This document shows positions 58,278 to 64,000 of a stretch of 64,000 nucleotides of DNA, one piece after another. Within the stretch, counting starts at the first letter, position 1; the number at the start of each line of letters is the position of its first letter. A program made the translations under genes and the position numbers. Below the pieces are notes generated by a model that saw only the letters and a list, made by a program, of their open reading frames with translations, ran no database searches and was not told the origin of the DNA. The DNA comes from a virus (lineage: Duplodnaviria; Caudoviricetes): the IMG/VR virus record IMGVR_UViG_3300032292_001093, positions 20,936 through 84,935 of that record. One strand, given 5' to 3'.

Positions 58278-60461
58278 ATGTCGGAAAAAATAAAGATACT
58301 TTTTTTAGCACCTCATTTATCAACAGGAGGAATGCCATCATTTCTATTAAGAAGAATAAAAGCTCTGATGAATAACGAAAACTTTGAACTGTTTGTTGTC
58401 GAATATGCTGATATTGGAGGATGGGCATATGTTGTTCAAAAAAATGAAATCAAAAAAATAATCAAGCCGGAAAATTTCTTTACCCTATATGAAGATAAGT
58501 CATTATTAATGAATATTATCAAAGATAATAATATAGATATAGTACATGCTGATGAGATTTTAGAAGCTTTTGAACATTCAAATAGAATACCAGATTCTAT
58601 GTTTAATGACTTATATAACAATAACAGAACTTGGAAAATAGTAGAAACTTGTCATAATGTTTGGTTTAATCCAAATACATCTAAAAGATATAATCCTGAT
58701 GGATATGCTTTTTGTACACCATGGCATAAATTTAAAACCTTCTCGGAAATGCCATCATATGCTGAAGTTCTACCTTTTCCAATAGAAAATAAAGTACCTA
58801 CATATTTAGAAAAACTAGAAGCTAAAGCTTTATTAGGAATGGATCCTAATAAAAAACATATTATTAACGTAGGTTTATGGACATCTGGTAAAAATCAAAA
58901 AGAAGGAGTTGAAGTAGCAAAGTCTTTAGAAGAATCTAATCCAGAAATTCAATTTCATTTTATTGGAAATCAAGCACCAAATTTTGAAGAATATTGGGGA
59001 CCAATAATGAGTGACCTACCATCAAATGTAACTGTATGGGATGAGAGATCTGATGTTGAAAATTTCATGAAAGCCGCAGATTTATTTATGTTTAACTCAA
59101 CTTGGGAGTGTAATCCGTTAGTTCTAAGAGAAGCCGCTTCTTTTGGACTAAAAATATTGTCAAGAAATCTTGAACAATATATGGATATGTTTACACCATA
59201 CATAACAGAAATAGATGGAGATATAACATCAACTAAATATAAAATAATCTCACTTCTTTCTTCTGAAAATAAATATGTAGTAGAAGATGAGTCTGAATCA
59301 TTTGAGAATAACTACTCTAATTTCTATAAAAAAATTCACAGAATGCCAGTAATGGAACAATCTGTATTTACTCCCAAACCTGAGATTATTCAAAATTTTA
59401 TTTTGAATCCTTTTTTAGAAATAAAAGGAGTGAGTGAGAGTAAATTCAAGATTGAATTTTATGATGAAGAAGGAAGATGTCACTATTCAGAAAACTTATC
59501 AATAAACCACTGGGTTAAGTTAAATAGAGAATATTTCACGAAATGGAATACCAAAATTTGGGAAGATGGATATTTAATACATGATTATACCTTAGATTTA
59601 AAAGGTAAAAGAGTTTATATCTGTTTAGATAGTAGTTCTTTAGGTGATACTTTATCTTGGGTTCCTTATATTAGAGAATTCAAAGATAAACATCAATGTC
59701 ACTTAATTGTTTCTACTTTTATGAATTATTTATTTAAAGATTCTTACCCAGATATTGAATTTATAGAACCAGGAATGGTAGCAAACAATATTTATGCTAT
59801 GTATAAAATAGGTTGGTTTTATAAAGATGATAAATTTGATGTATCTAAAAATCCAAATGATTTTAGAAAAGAGCCTTTACAAAAAACAGCCTCTGATATT
59901 TTAGGATTAGATTATAAAGAAACTAGACCATTATTAAATATTCCAAAAGTGGAAAAGAAAAAGAAAGTAGGAATTGGTTTACACTCAACTTGTCAAGCAA
60001 AATATTGGAACAATCCAACTGGTTGGCAAGAAGTCGTTGATTATTTAACATCTTTAGGATATGAAGTTGTTCTTTATTCAAAGGAAAATGATGGTTATAT
60101 GGGTAATTTTCATCCAAAAGGTATAACTAAATTTGAAGCAGGTTCTATTGAAAGATTAATCGAAGATATGGCTTCTTGTGAATTCTTTGTTGGCTTAGGA
60201 TCTGGTTTAAGTTGGTTAGCTTGGGCGTGTGAACTACCAGTTGTCTTAATTTCTGGATTTAGTGAAGAATATAGCGAAACAACATTAGATACTTACCGTG
60301 TTATAAATAAGAATGTTTGTACCGGATGTTTCAATAGATACAGATTAAATGCCAGTGATTGGAATTGGTGTCCAGATCATCAAAATACAGAAAGACAATT
60401 TGAGTGTACTAAAAGTATTACCTCAAAAATGGTGATTGACAAAATCAATCAAGTTTTATAA
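58278..60461 (+). CDS. GT4-like glycosyltransferase fused to Aah/TibC-type (autotransporter) protein O-heptosyltransferase
   Basis: N-half HLSTGGMP, KNQ, ADLFMFNS.WE..PLVLREA; C-half SLGDTLSW, STCQAKYWNNPTGW, FVGLGSGLSWLAW, VVLISGFS, C.GC.N...WCP.H...FECTK. Confidence 0.85.
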   Translation: MSEKIKILFLAPHLSTGGMPSFLLRRIKALMNNENFELFVVEYADIGGWAYVVQKNEIKKIIKPENFFTLYEDKSLLMNIIKDNNIDIVHADEILEAFEHSNRIPDSMFNDLYNNNRTWKIVETCHNVWFNPNTSKRYNPDGYAFCTPWHKFKTFSEMPSYAEVLPFPIENKVPTYLEKLEAKALLGMDPNKKHIINVGLWTSGKNQKEGVEVAKSLEESNPEIQFHFIGNQAPNFEEYWGPIMSDLPSNVTVWDERSDVENFMKAADLFMFNSTWECNPLVLREAASFGLKILSRNLEQYMDMFTPYITEIDGDITSTKYKIISLLSSENKYVVEDESESFENNYSNFYKKIHRMPVMEQSVFTPKPEIIQNFILNPFLEIKGVSESKFKIEFYDEEGRCHYSENLSINHWVKLNREYFTKWNTKIWEDGYLIHDYTLDLKGKRVYICLDSSSLGDTLSWVPYIREFKDKHQCHLIVSTFMNYLFKDSYPDIEFIEPGMVANNIYAMYKIGWFYKDDKFDVSKNPNDFRKEPLQKTASDILGLDYKETRPLLNIPKVEKKKKVGIGLHSTCQAKYWNNPTGWQEVVDYLTSLGYEVVLYSKENDGYMGNFHPKGITKFEAGSIERLIEDMASCEFFVGLGSGLSWLAWACELPVVLISGFSEEYSETTLDTYRVINKNVCTGCFNRYRLNASDWNWCPDHQNTERQFECTKSITSKMVIDKINQVL

Positions 60462-60857
60462 ATGGATAAACCTATAAAAGTTTGGGTTAATGGAACTTTT
60501 GATGTTTTACACATAGGTCATATAAAACTATTAGAATTTGCCAGTCAGTTTGGTGAAGTAAGAGTTGGTATTGATACTGATGAAAGAGTAAAACAATTAA
60601 AAGGTGAATTGAGACCTATAAATAATATTAAAGATAGAATTGATTTTATGAATTCTATTAAATATGTAAATAGTTCGGTTGATTTTTCAACAGAAGAAGA
60701 ACTTTGCGATAGAATAAAAGAGTGGAATACTGATATTATAATAATTGGTGATGATTATAAAGATAAAAGAGTAATAGGTTCTAACTTAGTAAAAGAGATT
60801 ATATTCTTTGATAAAATAGATGGTCACTCATCAACAAAAATTATAGAAAGTAAATGA
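60462..60857 (+). CDS. Heptose-1-phosphate adenylyltransferase (HldE/RfaE domain II, HldC-like)
   Basis: NGTFDVLHIGH, VGIDTD..VK.LKG..RPIN...R, GDDY, SSTKII. Confidence 0.8.
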   Translation: MDKPIKVWVNGTFDVLHIGHIKLLEFASQFGEVRVGIDTDERVKQLKGELRPINNIKDRIDFMNSIKYVNSSVDFSTEEELCDRIKEWNTDIIIIGDDYKDKRVIGSNLVKEIIFFDKIDGHSSTKIIESK

Positions 60858-61588
60858 TTAAGATTTTAGTAATAGGAGAAAAATGTACAGATAGATTTAT
60901 GTATTGTGATGTTTCTAGATTTAGTCCAGAAGCACCAGTACCTGTTCTAAACCCTATTGAAATAGTTGAAAATGATGGAATGGCTGGTAATGTTGTTAGA
61001 AACTTAAAAGCTATGAATAATGATGTTTTAATAGAACATTGGTATCAAGATGAAATTATTACTAAAACTAGATTTGTAGAAAAGAAAAGTAATCATATGT
61101 TTTTAAGATTAGATGAAGGTGAATCAAATATATCTAAACTAAATCTTAAATTAAATCTATTATCTGAATATAGTATAGTGATTGTAAGTGATTATGATAA
61201 AGGATTTATTAACAATGAGGATTTATTAAAAATAGGTAAAAACTCAAAAATATCTATATTAGATTCAAAAAGAAAACTAAGTAAAGAAATTATAAGCAGT
61301 TTTTCATTTGTAAAATTAAATGAAAAAGAATCTTTACAAAACTCTGAGTTATTAGAGTGTAATAATATCTTAATAACTTTAGGTAGTAAAGGAACTAAAT
61401 TTAATGGTAAAATATATCCTAGTCCAAATCCACAAGAAACTATTGATGTTAGTGGAGCAGGTGATACATTCACCGCTTCTTTTATACTAAAGTATATAGA
61501 AAGCGGTGATATTAAATCATCTATTATTTTTGCCAATAAAATGTCTTCAATAGTTGTTTCAAAGAGAGGCGTAGCAATACCTAATTAA
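60854..61588 (+). CDS. Heptose-7-phosphate kinase (HldE/RfaE domain I, HldA-like, PfkB fold)
   Basis: RFSPEAPVPV, GMAGNV..NL, KTRF, SDYDKG, DVSGAGDTF. Confidence 0.85.
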   Translation: MIKILVIGEKCTDRFMYCDVSRFSPEAPVPVLNPIEIVENDGMAGNVVRNLKAMNNDVLIEHWYQDEIITKTRFVEKKSNHMFLRLDEGESNISKLNLKLNLLSEYSIVIVSDYDKGFINNEDLLKIGKNSKISILDSKRKLSKEIISSFSFVKLNEKESLQNSELLECNNILITLGSKGTKFNGKIYPSPNPQETIDVSGAGDTFTASFILKYIESGDIKSSIIFANKMSSIVVSKRGVAIPN

Positions 61589-63999
61589 GCTTGTTCTATA
61601 TAATTCATTATAGAACTAGCAGCATTATTACCATATAACGATACAGCAAAGTTACCCAACGTATCAATAAATACAGGAGTACCGACACCACCGGAATATC
61701 CAATTATTTGATTATCTGATATAGAACTTCCAAGACAATCTAGATTATTACCTAGTGGGTAGAATGTTAACTCAAGCCACATATGCCATGTTAAAGTATT
61801 ACTACTAGCTGAGTAAATTTGTTGATTTGGCGCATAAAAAACATTATTAGACCAAGACATCCACCAGTGTGATTTATTATTGTAGCAGTTTGTTATAATA
61901 TGTCCGCTATTACCAGCAACACCACCACTACTACCAGCAGTATCTCCGAAGAAATAATCATTACCGGTGACAATAAACTTAGAATTGTGTAAAAGAACTC
62001 TTTGTTGATCCGATACGTTTCTATAGTTATTTAAAACCCAGTTTGGATAAGCATATACTGTTGGTCCAGATCCAAAATTAGTCATCCATGTAGTATTAGT
62101 AAAATACCAATTAGTAAGTGGTTCTATTGCTTGGCCTGGATTACTACCTGGAACATAACCATTGGTAGCATAAAAGTTCACAGAATCACGAGCAGTAAAT
62201 TTACAATTATCAATTTCAAAATCCATCTGACCATGTCTACCAAATACTATATTACAGCCAGAATATCCGTTACTTCCGTGAGCATCGTTTGTATTCTCAA
62301 AATTAATATTATGTAGTTTAATAGCAATCTCATCACCGGCACCATTATCAGTACCACCAAGTGATGTACTACCATCACCTATATATAACTGAGGTGAAGG
62401 TTTTCCAGATATCTGATTATGACTGGTAACTATTTTAGCGCCACCAAAGGGTCCAGTAAAAGCACCCAAATAACCTTTTGAAGGAGCATCTCCTATAATA
62501 CTAAACCAACCTGGTTGATACATTCTTATAGAACCATCAGCAGCGGCCATGTTTGATGGGAAATTAATTGTACAACCACCATTTAATTTAATAGTTGTTC
62601 CTTCAAGATTACCAGTTCCAGTTGTACTTGATTTAAACACCCAAGGTCCTATTTCAGAGTAACGACCAGGAAATACCCAAATGGTGTATTCAGCTTGATC
62701 ATTTGTCATTAACCATTCTAGAGCTTTTGATACATGAGCAAATGGCACATCTATTCTACCACCGGTGCCAACTAATGCTGCTGCCGCAGCATCGACATCA
62801 TTTCCATTTTGATCCACAAATAAAGTTCGAAGATAAGGTGTACCACCAGATATAGTAACATTAACACCAGTTCCACTATTCGAAGCAGTAACACCAGCAC
62901 CTACAAAATTTAAGAAAGTTGCGGTAGTTGTTAAAGAGACACCCTCATCTTGTATAGTAATAGCAGAACCACCACCACTAATACCAGAAGATCCACTTGA
63001 ACCACTTGATCCAGATGATCCGCTTGATCCAGAAGATCCACTTGAACCACTTGATCCAGATGATCCTGAAGATCCACTTGATCCAGAAGATCCATTTAAT
63101 CCATCAGCGACCCAAGATATAGTATAAAAACTACCATTAGTGATAGATCCATTTTGAGCTAAAGGTGGAGAATTAAGTTGATAGCTATAATATGTGCTTA
63201 TAGAAGTAACAGATGTTATAGTCCAAATACCCAATATGCTAGTATTTCCTATCTCATATATTTGTAAATAAGCTGTTCTACCAGCAGCAACTATTGAACT
63301 AACAGCTTGATGCCAAGTAGCGTAAGCACCACCAAGTGATGTATTCTCAATATTAATATTTGTTATAGCATTTATAACAACAGCATTTGTTGTAAATCCA
63401 GCTGTAACAGGAGCACCACCAGCAACACCACCATTTCTCCATCTACCACTGTTTGAACCATCATTACCAGCAGCACCGGCGGCACCTGATGTACCGGATG
63501 AGCCTGATGAACCACTTGATCCTGAAGTTCCTGATGAACCACGAGTACCTGAAGAACCACTTGATCCACTTGATCCCGATGAGCCACTTGATCCTGAACT
63601 CCCACTTGATCCTGATGTACCTGAAGATCCATTAGCACCTGATGTACCAGATGAGCCTGATGAACCACTTGATCCGGATGAACCACTTGATCCGGATGAA
63701 CCACTTGATCCGGATGAACCTGAAGTACCGGCAGATCCTGAAGATCCACTTGATCCTGAAGAGCCACTTGATCCTGAACTACCTGAAGAGCCACTTGATC
63801 CTGATGTTCCTGATGATCCACGAGTACCTGATGATCCACTTGATCCTGAACTACCCGATGATCCACTTGATCCTGATGATCCTGAAGTACCAGCAGAGCC
63901 TGATGATCCACTTGATCCTGATGAGCCTGATGAGCCACTTGATCCAGAAGAACCACTTGTTCCGCTTGATCCATTAGCACCTGAAGTACCTGATGAGCC
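61585..63999 (-). CDS. Fibre-like protein with Gly-Ser-Ser collagen-type repeats and C-terminal beta-helix-like domain; 5' end outside window
   Basis: Frame of ORF 61585..63234 stays open to the window end (manually translated); IQDEG...LNFVGAGV fibre motif; FVD.NG.D...G....PF / IWVFPGRYSE pectin-lyase-like start. Confidence 0.8.
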   Translation of the reverse strand, partial: GSSGTSGANGSSGTSGSSGSSGSSGSSGSSGSSGSAGTSGSSGSSGSSGSSGSSGSSGTRGSSGTSGSSGSSGSSGSSGSSGSSGSSGSAGTSGSSGSSGSSGSSGSSGSSGSSGSSGTSGANGSSGTSGSSGSSGSSGSSGSSGSSGSSGTRGSSGTSGSSGSSGSSGTSGAAGAAGNDGSNSGRWRNGGVAGGAPVTAGFTTNAVVINAITNINIENTSLGGAYATWHQAVSSIVAAGRTAYLQIYEIGNTSILGIWTITSVTSISTYYSYQLNSPPLAQNGSITNGSFYTISWVADGLNGSSGSSGSSGSSGSSGSSGSSGSSGSSGSSGSSGSSGISGGGSAITIQDEGVSLTTTATFLNFVGAGVTASNSGTGVNVTISGGTPYLRTLFVDQNGNDVDAAAAALVGTGGRIDVPFAHVSKALEWLMTNDQAEYTIWVFPGRYSEIGPWVFKSSTTGTGNLEGTTIKLNGGCTINFPSNMAAADGSIRMYQPGWFSIIGDAPSKGYLGAFTGPFGGAKIVTSHNQISGKPSPQLYIGDGSTSLGGTDNGAGDEIAIKLHNINFENTNDAHGSNGYSGCNIVFGRHGQMDFEIDNCKFTARDSVNFYATNGYVPGSNPGQAIEPLTNWYFTNTTWMTNFGSGPTVYAYPNWVLNNYRNVSDQQRVLLHNSKFIVTGNDYFFGDTAGSSGGVAGNSGHIITNCYNNKSHWWMSWSNNVFYAPNQQIYSASSNTLTWHMWLELTFYPLGNNLDCLGSSISDNQIIGYSGGVGTPVFIDTLGNFAVSLYGNNAASSIMNYIEQA
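62985..63095 (-). repeat. (GSS)n coding repeat, ~12 triplets
   Basis: GSSGSSGSS... with varied codons. Confidence 0.95.
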
Positions 64000-64000
64000 A
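63470..64000 (-). repeat. Long G-X-Y coding repeat (GSS/GTS/GSA/GAN/GTR), ~175 codons, continues past window
   Basis: Gly at every third residue, X/Y mostly Ser/Thr. Confidence 0.95.

Noticed and set aside
63372-63980. ORF-track proteins 63372..63980, 63453..63635, 63642..63977
   Set aside because: Shadow frames of the GSS repeat; the real frame continues ORF 61585..63234
1-64000. Stop-codon reassignment as in some jumbo phages
   Set aside because: Genes are full-length and densely packed in the standard code, ending mostly in TAA
1-64000. tRNA, rRNA or other structured RNA genes
   Set aside because: Intergenic gaps are short and AT-rich; only terminator hairpins were seen by eye
1-64000. 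Eukaryotic giant virus or bacterial chromosome origin
   Set aside because: Complete T4-like head-tail gene set, intrinsic terminators and a Bacteroidota promoter indicate a jumbo bacteriophage

Overview
AT-rich 64-kb segment of a jumbo T4-like myovirus genome read in the standard code. The host is probably Bacteroidota: there is a perfect TTTG-N19-TAnnTTTG promoter, A-rich SD-less starts, and Bacteroidota-like RNase R, ClpS and GSII. It holds the virion core (gp23 capsid, gp21 protease fused to a repeat scaffold, portal, terminases, gp2/gp4/gp15/gp25/gp26/gp51-like, 1302-aa sheath, tube, tape-measure-like), gp55 sigma, gp44 and gp47, plus host-type genes. Three signals stand out. (1) An Aah/TibC-type serine heptosyltransferase and split HldE sit next to a Gly-Ser-Ser collagen-like fibre gene, a putative virion O-heptosylation system. 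(2) About 15 unrelated proteins share an N-terminal M(K/R)(H/Y)(L/I)KxFExF leader resembling the T4 capsid-targeting sequence. (3) Three promoter classes are readable from sequence: host-type, TAAAC-N17/18-TAnAAT, and AATATATA, the last often placed for leaderless mRNA. All family assignments come from motif recognition by eye, not database searches.
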